Of a stretch of DNA of 64,000 nt, positions 43,791-53,132 are shown piece by piece. The stretch's first letter is position 1; the number at the start of each line of letters is the position of its first letter. Below the pieces are notes generated by a model. That model had not been told where the DNA came from, did no database searches, and worked only from the letters and a program-made list of their open reading frames with translations. This DNA comes from a bacterium (lineage in GTDB: Bacteria > Acidobacteriota > Blastocatellia > HR10). The position numbers and the translations under genes were made by a program. Where the stretch lies: the NCBI GenBank assembly GCA_041640655.1, contig JBEPZV010000003.1, forward strand, positions 32,001 to 96,000, written 5' to 3'.

Positions 43791-44180
43791 TCACGGCGCG
43801 TCGCTTGTGCGAATTCGATCGGCCGCGATCGCGCGCAAAAGCTCCGTGAGCTGCGTGACGAAGACCGAGCGCGGCAAGACGAGGTCGCATCCGACCTGCT
43901 GGGCCTGAGCTCGCACGTCTTCCCGCACATGGGAGAAGTAGCCGATCGTCCGAATCCCGCGCAGCGCCGCATCGGCCTTCAGAGCGGCGATCGCGCGCAG
44001 CGGCTCCTGGCGCTCCTGTCCGAGATCGAAGATGATCGCCACAGGCGGCTGCTGGCGGGCGTGTTGGAGGAGGTCCTCCACTGTCGTCACGCGCCGACAG
44101 GTGAGCCCCACCGCTTCGGCCGCCGCCCGAATACGAGCGAGGAACGCGAGATCGGTGAGCAGAAGGAGCACATCAGCCAT
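43791..44180 (-). CDS. Stand-alone atypical receiver (REC-like) domain protein
   Basis: GAGGAGG RBS; CheY-like layout (PVAIIFDL, IGYFSH, CDLVLPRS) but lacks the acidic pair, and the conserved Lys is Arg. Confidence 0.7.
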   Translation of the reverse strand: MADVLLLLTDLAFLARIRAAAEAVGLTCRRVTTVEDLLQHARQQPPVAIIFDLGQERQEPLRAIAALKADAALRGIRTIGYFSHVREDVRAQAQQVGCDLVLPRSVFVTQLTELLRAIAADRIRTSDAP

Positions 44181-44195
44181 AGCTCGGCCTCCTCA

Positions 44196-45032
44196 TCACC
44201 GCGCAGATCCCCTCCTCCGCGCGCGCGTCGCGTGAAGCCGCGCGACCTCCGAGAGCGTGCGCACGCCGCGCTCTTCAAGGTGATCGAGCAGACGGAGGAA
44301 GACCTGAGCCGTCGCCCACGCGTCCGCGCGCGCGCGATGCCATCGTTCCATCTCCACGCCCAAGTATCGGGCGACCGTCGGGAGCCGATGGTTCGGCAAC
44401 TCGGGGAACAGCCGACGGCTCACGGCGAGGGTGCAGAGGTGGGGATTGCCCAATCGCCGCGCGAACGCGCGCTGGAATTCGGCATTGAGGAAGGCGAGAT
44501 CAAACCGCACGTTGTGCGCGACGAGCACGCGCGGCCCAAGCACTACCGCCACCTCCTCGGCGATCTCCTCAAAACGCGGGGCGCGCGCCACCATCCCATC
44601 GGTGATCCCAGTGAGGCGAACGATGCCCGGGGGGAGCGCGCGCTCCGGATTCACGAGCGTCGTGAACTCCTCCACGATGCGCATGCGCCCATCGGAGCGC
44701 GCCAGGCGAACGGCCGCCACTTCGATCACGCGATCCGCGGACGGGCGCATCCCCGTCGTCTCGACATCCACGATCACGTACTCGTTCTCTTCAAGCGGTC
44801 GAAGCGCGCGTTCATCCGGCCGCAGTTCCACCACATCATCGTCTCGAAGGATCAGGTGCGGGTCATGGGGAAAGAGGCGATAGAACAATTCGCGCAGGAC
44901 GGCCACCGGTACCTGCCGAAAGCCGAAGACTTCGCGTCCGAGCGTCGCGAGTGAGACCGCGCGACCATGCGCTTCCAGAAGAGCGACGATTCGATGGCGA
45001 ATCGCCACATCATTCAACCACTGGGCTGCCAT
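44196..45032 (-). CDS. DEDDh 3'-5' exonuclease (DnaQ/PolC-exo-like)
   Basis: ExoI VDVETTG, ExoII AHNVRFD, ExoIII HRARADA; ~80-aa N-terminal extension. Confidence 0.9.
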   Translation of the reverse strand: MAAQWLNDVAIRHRIVALLEAHGRAVSLATLGREVFGFRQVPVAVLRELFYRLFPHDPHLILRDDDVVELRPDERALRPLEENEYVIVDVETTGMRPSADRVIEVAAVRLARSDGRMRIVEEFTTLVNPERALPPGIVRLTGITDGMVARAPRFEEIAEEVAVVLGPRVLVAHNVRFDLAFLNAEFQRAFARRLGNPHLCTLAVSRRLFPELPNHRLPTVARYLGVEMERWHRARADAWATAQVFLRLLDHLEERGVRTLSEVARLHATRARRRGSAR

Positions 45033-45166
45033 AGCGAGGGTGAGTGTAGCACATCAGCGCGCGACTCGGCAGCCCCGATGAGCGAAGGGAGCGGCTTGAG
45101 CCGGTGATCTCCGCGATGCTATGCTTAAGCGCACGTGAACACCACATGTTGAGAGAGAGGGGGACG

Positions 45167-46093
45167 ATGAGGGCGCTCGTGGAGGCGACAGCAGCTGCGC
45201 TCGTCTGGCTCGTTCTCATTCCGCCGGCTTCGGCTCAACAGTGGGAGCTTCGGCGATTGGGCTTCACGCAGAACTTCAACGCCATCCACTTCCCGACGAA
45301 AGAGCATGGTTGGATCGTCGGCGATGGCGGCTTGATCCTGCACACTCCGGATCGCGGGGTGAGCTGGCAGGTCCAGACCTCCAGCGTGCGCACGAACCTG
45401 AACGACGTCTTCTTCATCAATCGGCGACGCGGGTGGATCGTCGGCGATGGCGGCGTGATCCTCATGACGACCGATGGAGGCCAGCGATGGGCCTCCGTGG
45501 CGAGCGTCGTCGAGGAGGACCTCTACAGCGTCTGGTTTCACAACGAAAAGCGCGGATGGATCGTGGGGGCTGATGGGGTCATCCTCTTCACCGATGACGG
45601 CGGGCGCAGTTGGGTGCGTCAGATCAGCGGGACGGACGAATACCTCTACCATCTGCACTTCAAGACGGAGAATCTCGGGTGGATCGTCGGCTCCCGCGGG
45701 ACGATCCTCCACACGGAGAACGGCGGGCGGAATTGGACGAAGCAATCCAGCGGGACGCAGAACGATCTCTTCCGCGTCTACTTTCGCGATAAGAAGCGGG
45801 GATGGATCACGGGCTCGCGGGGATTGATCCTGCACACCACCGATGGGGGGAAGACGTGGGTGCCTCTGCCGAGCGGCGTCGAGCAGATCCTGCTGGGCGT
45901 GACCTTCCGGAAGAAGGAGGGGTGGATCGTCGGGTGGGAGGGAACGATTCTGCATTCTCCCGATGAGGGGAGGACGTGGCGGCGGGTGCCCGCGCCGACG
46001 CGGGAGCGCATCTATGCCATCGTCATACGCGACGATCGGGAGGGGTTCGCCATCGGCCGGAATGGACTGATGCTCGTGTATCGTCGCCCCTGA
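45167..46093 (+). CDS. Secreted YCF48-like/BNR-repeat beta-propeller protein
   Basis: Signal peptide; ~7 repeats of F-x5-GWIVG-x2-G-x-IL-x-T-x-DGG-x2-W. Alternative start 45146. Confidence 0.88.
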   Translation: MRALVEATAAALVWLVLIPPASAQQWELRRLGFTQNFNAIHFPTKEHGWIVGDGGLILHTPDRGVSWQVQTSSVRTNLNDVFFINRRRGWIVGDGGVILMTTDGGQRWASVASVVEEDLYSVWFHNEKRGWIVGADGVILFTDDGGRSWVRQISGTDEYLYHLHFKTENLGWIVGSRGTILHTENGGRNWTKQSSGTQNDLFRVYFRDKKRGWITGSRGLILHTTDGGKTWVPLPSGVEQILLGVTFRKKEGWIVGWEGTILHSPDEGRTWRRVPAPTRERIYAIVIRDDREGFAIGRNGLMLVYRRP

Positions 46094-46096
46094 GGA

Positions 46097-46516
46097 TCAG
46101 ATGTCCAGGTACACCTCGCCCATCCACAGCCCGTCTCTCCTCTCGACCTTCAGCTGATGCAGCGTCGCCGCCTTGACGTAAATCCGTCCCTCGTGCCGCG
46201 AGGGATCGAACGGTTCTCCCGTGAGACGAATGCGCGCGCGCTCAGGCGAGAGCTCGAGGATGGTGACATCACCGAACGCGAGCTTCTCGGCGTCGAAGAG
46301 GTAGAGGACCTCATTGAAGAGGTCCACGAGCAGATACTCGTACCCTTCCGCGTGAACTTCGACTTCGCGCGCAAGGCGCGGCGCGATCGTCGCGGGATCG
46401 TACATCAGGTGAAAGAGCGCGCGCACCGCATGCTCGAACATCTCCTCCGGGGTTCGACCCCAGGCGCGCACCCCGATGTCGGCCGTATGGTCGAGGATCT
46501 CAAATCCGGCAGTCAC
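46097..46516 (-). CDS. Archease
   Basis: FEILDHTADIG, VKAATLH, C-terminal YLDI. GTG 46516 after GGAGAGG; alternative ATG 46609 overlaps the nrnA stop (ATGA). Confidence 0.9.
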   Translation of the reverse strand: MTAGFEILDHTADIGVRAWGRTPEEMFEHAVRALFHLMYDPATIAPRLAREVEVHAEGYEYLLVDLFNEVLYLFDAEKLAFGDVTILELSPERARIRLTGEPFDPSRHEGRIYVKAATLHQLKVERRDGLWMGEVYLDI

Positions 46517-46605
46517 TTGGGGCCTCTCCGTTCGCCGTTCATCCCGGTGATCTCTCGTGCGAGCCGCGTGGCGGGAGGCATCGGGGATGGGATGGGTCAC
46601 CCCGC

Positions 46606-47565
46606 TCATACGGAGACGATCGAGAGCGCTTCTTGCAGCTTGCGAATGACGCGTCGTTCGACTTCCGGCAACGGCCCTTCGATCGCGCAACCGGAGGCGT
46701 TCCGGTGCCCACCGCCGCCGAATGCGCTCGCGATCTTCGAGACATTGATCGCGCCCTTCGAGCGCAGGGAGGTTCGGTAAATACCCGGCGCGATCTCTTT
46801 GAAGAAGGCGACGACCTCGACCCCTTCGATCGAGAGCGGATAGTTCACAATGCCCTCGCTGTCCTCCTCGCTGGCGCCCGCTTGCCGAAGCATCTCCTGC
46901 GTCATCACCATCCAGGCGATCCGCCCGCTCTCGTCGCAGCGGAGCGTAGAGAGCACGAGCCCGGTGAGCTTCACCTTGCTGAAGGGGTGGTTGTAGAAGA
47001 GCGCGCGGGCGATCTCCGCCGGATTCGCCCCATGAGCGACCAGCTCCCGCGCGATCTTGAACGTGCGCTCGGTCGTGTTGGAGAACTGGAACGATCCCGT
47101 ATCGGCCAGGATGGCCGCGTAGACGCAGGAGGCGATCGCTGGCGTCACGCGCACGCCGAGCGCCTTGCACAAATTGTAGATCATCTCCCCGACGGCCGAC
47201 GCCGTCGAATCAATCCAGTTGATATGCCCGAACAGCTCCGTCGTCGCATGATGATCAATGTTCACGAGGAATTGCTTCTCCAGATCGAGCAACCCAGGCC
47301 GATCAATGTCGCTGCATTCGATGACGAAGACGGCATCGTAGAGTCGGTCCAGCCGCGTGATCTGCCGGATGCGCTCCGCTCCCGGCAGCTCTCGATAGGC
47401 GCGCGGGATCGGATCGCGCAGGCCGACGGTGACCTCCTTGCCCAGGCTCTCCAGAATGTGCATCAGGGCGAGCGAGGACCCCAGCCCATCCCCGTCCGGC
47501 CGCGCGTGTGAGGTGATGGCGAAACAGTGCCGCGATTCGATCAACTCCACGACCTGGCTGAGCAT
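46606..47565 (-). CDS. nrnA: DHH/DHHA1 bifunctional oligoribonuclease / pAp phosphatase NrnA
   Basis: SHARPDGDGLGS, NIDHH, ADTGSF, SLRS, GGGGHRNASG; ATG 47565. Confidence 0.92.
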   Translation of the reverse strand: MLSQVVELIESRHCFAITSHARPDGDGLGSSLALMHILESLGKEVTVGLRDPIPRAYRELPGAERIRQITRLDRLYDAVFVIECSDIDRPGLLDLEKQFLVNIDHHATTELFGHINWIDSTASAVGEMIYNLCKALGVRVTPAIASCVYAAILADTGSFQFSNTTERTFKIARELVAHGANPAEIARALFYNHPFSKVKLTGLVLSTLRCDESGRIAWMVMTQEMLRQAGASEEDSEGIVNYPLSIEGVEVVAFFKEIAPGIYRTSLRSKGAINVSKIASAFGGGGHRNASGCAIEGPLPEVERRVIRKLQEALSIVSV

Positions 47566-47581
47566 ACAAGCGAAACATGCA

Positions 47582-47609
47582 ATTATATCGGCCTCCGCCC
47601 GCCCGTCAA
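47582..47609 (-). promoter_or_regulatory. Putative nrnA-archease promoter
   Basis: TTGACG-16-TATAAT ending 16 nt before the ATG; no SD. Confidence 0.7.
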
Positions 47610-47800
47610 GCGCCCATCCTGGTTCACCCGAGCGCGGGGGCGTGAGCACGTGAGACCGGGCCTTCGGTTCGCCGCGTGGAAGTGAAGGCTTGTCGTCTTA
47701 GCGAGTGGGCGATGTCGCAGACCTTCTCCGGCCCACGTGGCCGGACGAGCGCTCCGTGAGAGGGGGCGCGCCGAAGTCTGCTGCGGTGGGCGATGGGGGA

Positions 47801-47829
47801 TTGTTCGCTCGCCCTAGTTGGGATATACT
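47801..47829 (+). promoter_or_regulatory. Putative promoter of the carboxypeptidase-regulatory-domain gene
   Basis: TTGTTC-17-TATACT. Confidence 0.5.
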
Positions 47830-47865
47830 CCTGTCCGGCATCGACGTTGTCCGGGAGGTCTGGCG

Positions 47866-49527
47866 ATGAGACGATGGATCGGTGTACCCCTTGGCGTGTG
47901 GCTCATCGGCGGGGGGCTTGTCTTCGGCCTCCCGCAGGTGACTTCCGAACAGCCGCGAGGGCGCATCTCCGGGCGCGTCCTCTCGACCGAAGGCAAGCCG
48001 CTCCCGCGCACCATCGTGATTGCGCAAAAATGGGGAGGGGGTGCTGCATCTCTGGCGAAGACGGATCGAAGCGGGCGATACGCGATGGAGGTGGAGCCGG
48101 GGACGTATCTCATTCGAGCGGAGAAGAGGGGCTATGTGACTTCGGTGTACAACGTGGAGGGGCTCTCGCACGAACCGACGCCGGTGACGGTCGAAGCGGG
48201 GAAGAGCGTGGTGATAGACTTTCGGCTGCCGCGCGGCGGCGTCATCACCGGGCGCATTCTGGATGAAGACGGGGAGCCGCTGGTCGGCGCGCAGGTCCGG
48301 GTGGAGCGGAAATCTGAGGACTCGCGCAGCGCCGGGGCGTGGGGCGGTTCCTTTGAGGTGGCGACGACGGACGATCGCGGCATCTACCGCATTTACGGGT
48401 TGGCCTCGGGTCGCTATTACGTGAGCGCGCGAGTGTTCGAGACGCAGGTCGTTCGAGTCGCGTCTGGAGTCCCTTCCTTCATGTCTCAGGAGGGGGCGGT
48501 GACGTACTATCCGGGGGTCTCTTCCCGTCAGCAAGCCGTTGAGGTCGAAGTCGTCGAGGGGGCCGAGGTGACGGGAATAGACTTCAAGATCGCGCCTGAG
48601 AAGGAACGCGTGCTCATCTTCGGCGTCGTGCGAAAGCGGGAGACCGGAGAGCCCATACCTGGGGCCTTCGTCGTCGCGTATTCTGGCACGAGGCCGGCCA
48701 TTGATGCCCGAGCGACGACGGACGAACAGGGGCGGTATGAGCTGAAAGGGCTCGATCCCGGGACCTATCGGGTTCAGATCGCGCTGGGCATGCTTCTGGA
48801 AGAGTACGCGCAACCCATGCCTCAAGAGGTGACCGTCGAGAGCGAACCGGTCGAGGTGAATTTCGAACTGGAGCGAGCGGCGGAGATACAGGGACGCCTC
48901 CTCACCGAGGATGGGCGCGTGCCGGAGAACGTCACCCGTCTCATGCCGATGGTGCGGGCGAAGGGAGCGGAGCGGGTGGGGGGCGTGGCGATCATGCCTC
49001 GCGTGGATGCGCAAGGGAATTTCACGCTCAAGCGCGTGCCGAGCGGCACGTTCCTGCTCGACGTCGCGCTCTCGGATTCGCCCTACTTCGTGCGCGCCAT
49101 TCTTCATGAGGATCGGGATGTCACGCATGAGGGGATCGTCGTCCATCCCGGTGAGCGCGTGACCGACGTGACGATCATCCTCTCAGACGCGGGAGCGATC
49201 CTGCGAGGACGGGTCCTCGCGAGCGAAGGAGACGCTCCGTTGCCGAATGCGGTGGTTCAGGTGATCCCCGTGGACTTCGCCCGGCGCTTCGCCGAGAAGC
49301 GGACGTTGGACGCGCGTTCGATCGTCTCGGATCAGCAGGGAAGGTATGAGCTCAAGGGGATTCCGCCGGGGAAATATTACCTGCTCGTCATGGCGCGGCG
49401 TCCGACGTTCTCTCGGCCGGAAGAGTTCCTTGAATTCCTCACGGCGCGCGCGGCGCAGCTTCCCGTCCTCGACCTTCGGCCGCGAGAGACCCGACAGCTC
49501 GATGTGCGTCCGACCGTGAAGGAGTGA
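47866..49527 (+). CDS. Secreted protein with tandem carboxypeptidase-regulatory-like (Cna-B/prealbumin fold) domains
   Basis: ATG 47866 after GGGAGG; ~5 repeats of I-x-GRV...G-x-P...TD-x2-G-x-Y...GL-x-PG-x-Y; TYYPG motif. Confidence 0.85.
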   Translation: MRRWIGVPLGVWLIGGGLVFGLPQVTSEQPRGRISGRVLSTEGKPLPRTIVIAQKWGGGAASLAKTDRSGRYAMEVEPGTYLIRAEKRGYVTSVYNVEGLSHEPTPVTVEAGKSVVIDFRLPRGGVITGRILDEDGEPLVGAQVRVERKSEDSRSAGAWGGSFEVATTDDRGIYRIYGLASGRYYVSARVFETQVVRVASGVPSFMSQEGAVTYYPGVSSRQQAVEVEVVEGAEVTGIDFKIAPEKERVLIFGVVRKRETGEPIPGAFVVAYSGTRPAIDARATTDEQGRYELKGLDPGTYRVQIALGMLLEEYAQPMPQEVTVESEPVEVNFELERAAEIQGRLLTEDGRVPENVTRLMPMVRAKGAERVGGVAIMPRVDAQGNFTLKRVPSGTFLLDVALSDSPYFVRAILHEDRDVTHEGIVVHPGERVTDVTIILSDAGAILRGRVLASEGDAPLPNAVVQVIPVDFARRFAEKRTLDARSIVSDQQGRYELKGIPPGKYYLLVMARRPTFSRPEEFLEFLTARAAQLPVLDLRPRETRQLDVRPTVKE

Positions 49528-49574
49528 GCGATCGAGGGCGCCTCTCGCGCGAGAGGCGCCCTCATCGGTTCGCG

Positions 49575-52500
49575 TCAGGAGCGCGGACGCTCAATGGGAC
49601 GGCCCACGAGCACCGTGGGCGCATGGAAGCGCTGAAGGGTCTCGTTCAATTTCGGCACGTCCTCGCTCAGGAGCCGATTCACCCGCTCGATCTTCTCGGC
49701 GAACTCCTGGCGCAGCTCGCCGAGGTATTCCATTTGCGCCGGCGTGGGCGCGGCGCTCGGGCCATCTATGGCGAAGAAGAGGCCGTTCAGTCGTTCCACC
49801 AATCGAGGCCCGGTCATATACGTCGGCACGTTCTGCGGACGCGCCAGCTCGTTCTGCAGCGTCTCCACCTGCTTCAGGTGTTCCGAGAGCGCTCGACTCA
49901 GTTCGGCGGGGACTTCCGCCAGGCGATCGCGAACCGTGCGCTCGATCTGCTGCAGTTGCTCACGAAGGCTATCGAGCGCGCGCAAGGCGTCGTTGGTCGC
50001 CGAGATCAGATCGCGCAGCTCGAGCCCGACCTCACGCTGCGCGCGCAGATCGGCGTCGGGGACAGAGATCGTCGGGTCCAGGCGCACCTCGACGGGTTTC
50101 TCCAGCGTCTTCTCCCCCACGATCAAGCGCACGCGGTAGGTCCCGGGCAGCACCTGCGGCCCGCGCGGCCCTCCCACGAATTCCACCTCCTCGGGGCTTG
50201 GAGGCCGGCGCACCTTCGGTCCCTCGTAGCGCAAATCCCACGCCGTGCGATTCAGCCCCTTCTCTTTCGGAATCTGCGTCAGCTCGCGGATCACTTTCCC
50301 CGCGCCGTCGAGAATCTGGATCTTCACCGTCGTCTTCTCGTCGGGCTTCTCGCGCAGATAGTACGTGATGAGTGCCCCGTACGGGGGATTCGGCCCGGTG
50401 AAGACCTTGTTCCCGATGCCGTAGCGCGTGAATCGCGTGGCGAAGCGCAGGGCCGGCCGGATATCGAACAGGTGCACGTCGCTCCTCAGGATCTCAGGGC
50501 TCATCTGTTGGATCGGCGTCGCGTCGTCGAAGATCCAGATGCTCCGTCCGTGCGTGCCCAGGATGAGGTCGTTCTCCCGCGGATGGATGAGGATGTCGTG
50601 CACGGCGACCGTGGGCAGGTTCTTCAGCCGAAGGGGGATCCAATTCGTCCCGCCCGTGTAGGAGACGTAGAGCCCGAGCTCCGTCCCGGCATAGAGCAGA
50701 TTGGGGTTCTTCGGGTCCTCGCGCACCACCCAGACGTAAGCGCCCTCCGGGAGATTCCCGCTGATATTCGTCCATGTGCGCCCGCCGTCGGCCGTCTTGA
50801 AGATGTAGGGGCGGAAGTCATCGAGCATGTGGCGATCGAAGGCGACGTACGCGACATCGGGGCTTGTGCGCGAGGGCTCCACGTGCGAGACCGGGGAGAA
50901 CGGGGGCAACCCGGGGACGTTCTTGATGACGTTGGTCCAGGTCTTCCCGCCGTCGCGCGTGACCTGGAGATTGCCATCATCGGTCCCGGCCCAGATCACG
51001 CCCGCGCGGACCGGAGATTCGGCCAGGCTGATGATCGTGCAGTGGTATTCGGCCGTCGTGTTCTCGGTCCAGACCGGGCCGCCCGCGTCTTTCTGCTTCT
51101 CCGGATCGTTCGTCGTCAGGTCGGGACTGATGACCTGCCACGTCTTGCCGAAATCGGTGGATCGGAAGACGACGTTCCCGCCGTAGTAGACCGTGTTCTT
51201 GTCGTGCGGCGAGAGCACGATGGGAGCGTTCCAATTGAAGCGATATTTCAACTCGCCCACGGGACCCCCGTCGTTGCGGCGCGCTTGCGGGCTGACGTTC
51301 TGCTGCTCCCGCGTGCGCAGGTCGGTGCGGAAGAGATTCCCCCCCTGCGACTCGGAGAGGTAGAGATTCGGGTCCTCGGGATGGGTGACCACGTGGAAGC
51401 CGTCGCCGAAGCTCACCATGATCCAATCGTCGTTCAAGATGCCCGCCGGTTCGCGCGTGCGGCTGGGACCGGTCCACGTCCCGTTGTCCTGCAGCCCGCC
51501 ACTCACCCAGTAGAAGGGCAGGCGATTGTCGGCGTGGATCTGATAGAACTGCCCGAGCGGAATGTTGTTGACGTATTCCCATGTCTCTCCGCGATCGTAG
51601 GAGACGGCGACCCCTCCGTCATTCCCCTGCCACAGGCGATACGGGTTCGTGGGATCAATCCAGAGCGTGTGGTAATCGCTGTGCGTGCGCGCGGAGATGC
51701 GACGGAACGTTCGTCCTCCGTCAATCGAGACGAAGAGATTGGACGCGATCGCGTAGACGCGATTCTCATCCCACGGGTCCACGCGCAGGTCGGCGTAGTA
51801 GAATCCGCGCGAGACGATGCGCACCTCGCGTGAGACTTCGCGGAAGGTCTCGCCGCGATCGTCGGAGCGGAAGAGCGTGCCCTCCTTGGATTCCGCGATG
51901 ACGTACACGACCTGCGGATTGCTCGGCGCGACCTTCACCCCGATGCGACCGAGCAGCTTCGGCAATCCGCGCTCGAGCTTCTTCCACGTCCGCCCGCCGT
52001 CCACGGATTTGAAGACGCCGCCCTTCTCGCTCCCGCTGCGATGCGTCCAGGGTTTGCGCTCAAAATACCACATCGCGGCGTAGAGGATGTTCGGATTGCT
52101 CGGGTCCATGTCCATATCGGAGACGCCGTGCTGCGCGTCAATATAGAGCACCTTCTGCCACGTGCGCCCACCATCGGTCGTCATGAAGACGCCCCGCTCC
52201 TCGTTGGGACCGAACGCATGACCGACGGCGCCCACATAGACGATGTCCGGATTGTGCGGGTGAATCAGGATCCGCGAGATGTGCCGCGTGTCTCGGAGGC
52301 CGAGATGTTGCCACGTCTTCCCTCCATCGGTGGATTTGTACACGCCGTCGCCGAAGGAGACGCTGTTGCGCGTGTTCGATTCGCCCGTCCCCACCCAGAT
52401 GACGTCGGGATTCTTCGGATCAATGGCGATGTCGCCGATGGAGATCGTGTTTTGCCGATCGAAGATCGGCGTCCACGTGATCCCGCCGTTGGTCGTCTTC

Positions 52501-52805
52501 CACAGCCCGCCGGAGGCGGTCGCCACGTAGACGATGTTGGGATTGCCGGGGACGCCTTCGATGTCGGTCGTGCGCCCACCCATGATGGCCGGCCCGATGT
52601 TCCGCCATTCCAAGTTCTCGAAGAGCGAAGGATCAATCTGCGGGCGCGCTTGGTCCGACGCCGGGCGCGATTGCCCAGGAGGCTCTCCAAGAGCGCGCGA
52701 GACGAATGAGAGGCTCAGGCCCATGATGAGAAGAGACACGGTGCAGCGTGGGAACCATCGCGATACCCATATGGGGCGCGAGCCCCGAAGACGGCCCTCT
52801 CGCAT
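49575..52805 (-). CDS. Secreted VPS10/sortilin-like BNR-repeat (glycosyl-hydrolase-like) protein
   Basis: WRNIGPAIMGGR, many S/T-x-D-G-G-x-T-W Asp-boxes, GGLQDNG, GTHGRSIWIFDD, C-terminal Ig-like and coiled regions; GAGGAAGAGAG RBS. Confidence 0.88.
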   Translation of the reverse strand: MREGRLRGSRPIWVSRWFPRCTVSLLIMGLSLSFVSRALGEPPGQSRPASDQARPQIDPSLFENLEWRNIGPAIMGGRTTDIEGVPGNPNIVYVATASGGLWKTTNGGITWTPIFDRQNTISIGDIAIDPKNPDVIWVGTGESNTRNSVSFGDGVYKSTDGGKTWQHLGLRDTRHISRILIHPHNPDIVYVGAVGHAFGPNEERGVFMTTDGGRTWQKVLYIDAQHGVSDMDMDPSNPNILYAAMWYFERKPWTHRSGSEKGGVFKSVDGGRTWKKLERGLPKLLGRIGVKVAPSNPQVVYVIAESKEGTLFRSDDRGETFREVSREVRIVSRGFYYADLRVDPWDENRVYAIASNLFVSIDGGRTFRRISARTHSDYHTLWIDPTNPYRLWQGNDGGVAVSYDRGETWEYVNNIPLGQFYQIHADNRLPFYWVSGGLQDNGTWTGPSRTREPAGILNDDWIMVSFGDGFHVVTHPEDPNLYLSESQGGNLFRTDLRTREQQNVSPQARRNDGGPVGELKYRFNWNAPIVLSPHDKNTVYYGGNVVFRSTDFGKTWQVISPDLTTNDPEKQKDAGGPVWTENTTAEYHCTIISLAESPVRAGVIWAGTDDGNLQVTRDGGKTWTNVIKNVPGLPPFSPVSHVEPSRTSPDVAYVAFDRHMLDDFRPYIFKTADGGRTWTNISGNLPEGAYVWVVREDPKNPNLLYAGTELGLYVSYTGGTNWIPLRLKNLPTVAVHDILIHPRENDLILGTHGRSIWIFDDATPIQQMSPEILRSDVHLFDIRPALRFATRFTRYGIGNKVFTGPNPPYGALITYYLREKPDEKTTVKIQILDGAGKVIRELTQIPKEKGLNRTAWDLRYEGPKVRRPPSPEEVEFVGGPRGPQVLPGTYRVRLIVGEKTLEKPVEVRLDPTISVPDADLRAQREVGLELRDLISATNDALRALDSLREQLQQIERTVRDRLAEVPAELSRALSEHLKQVETLQNELARPQNVPTYMTGPRLVERLNGLFFAIDGPSAAPTPAQMEYLGELRQEFAEKIERVNRLLSEDVPKLNETLQRFHAPTVLVGRPIERPRS

Positions 52806-52851
52806 ACTCTCTTCCTCCTCTTCGAAATGTTCGATCCCCGAGCCGGGGCCA

Positions 52852-52881
52852 ATTCTATGAGGCGCGCTTCGCTGTGGTCAA
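52852..52881 (-). promoter_or_regulatory. Putative promoter of the VPS10-like gene
   Basis: TTGACC-18-TAGAAT. Confidence 0.6.
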
Positions 52882-53132
52882 GTACAGGTGACGGTGAACC
52901 CATGGATGCGTATCGCATGGAGCGATCAGGAGCGAGCTCCGTCGGCGTGGATCCCTTCGCCCGCGCGAGCTGGCCAGTGAATCCCTTTGAGATCACCCTT
53001 GCCACAGAGAACCTGCCCAGCAGGCGCCCGAATATAGCTCGGGGCGAGTGCGGCGAGCCCTGGAACACGAAGGGGGGCGGCCCATCGCATGGGCACACGC
53101 GGCGAATAGCTTCGACCGCGCGCTCACTTCCC

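Noticed and set aside
45300..45990. Repeated DNA words (GGATCGTCGG...) at ~126-bp spacing
   Set aside because: They are the coding repeats of the YCF48-like propeller blades, not an array.
21270..47596. Octamer CGGAGGCC in the spacers of the rrn, nrnA and (reversed) lon/TA promoters
   Set aside because: Post-hoc, GC-rich and SD-like, with inconsistent orientation and position; it needs a genome-wide enrichment test before any claim.
52890..53132. Possible ncRNA or riboswitch in the gap after glpD (hairpins near 53025-53046 and 53070-53084)
   Set aside because: Short GC hairpins with no recognisable family motif; an Rfam/Infernal scan would be needed.
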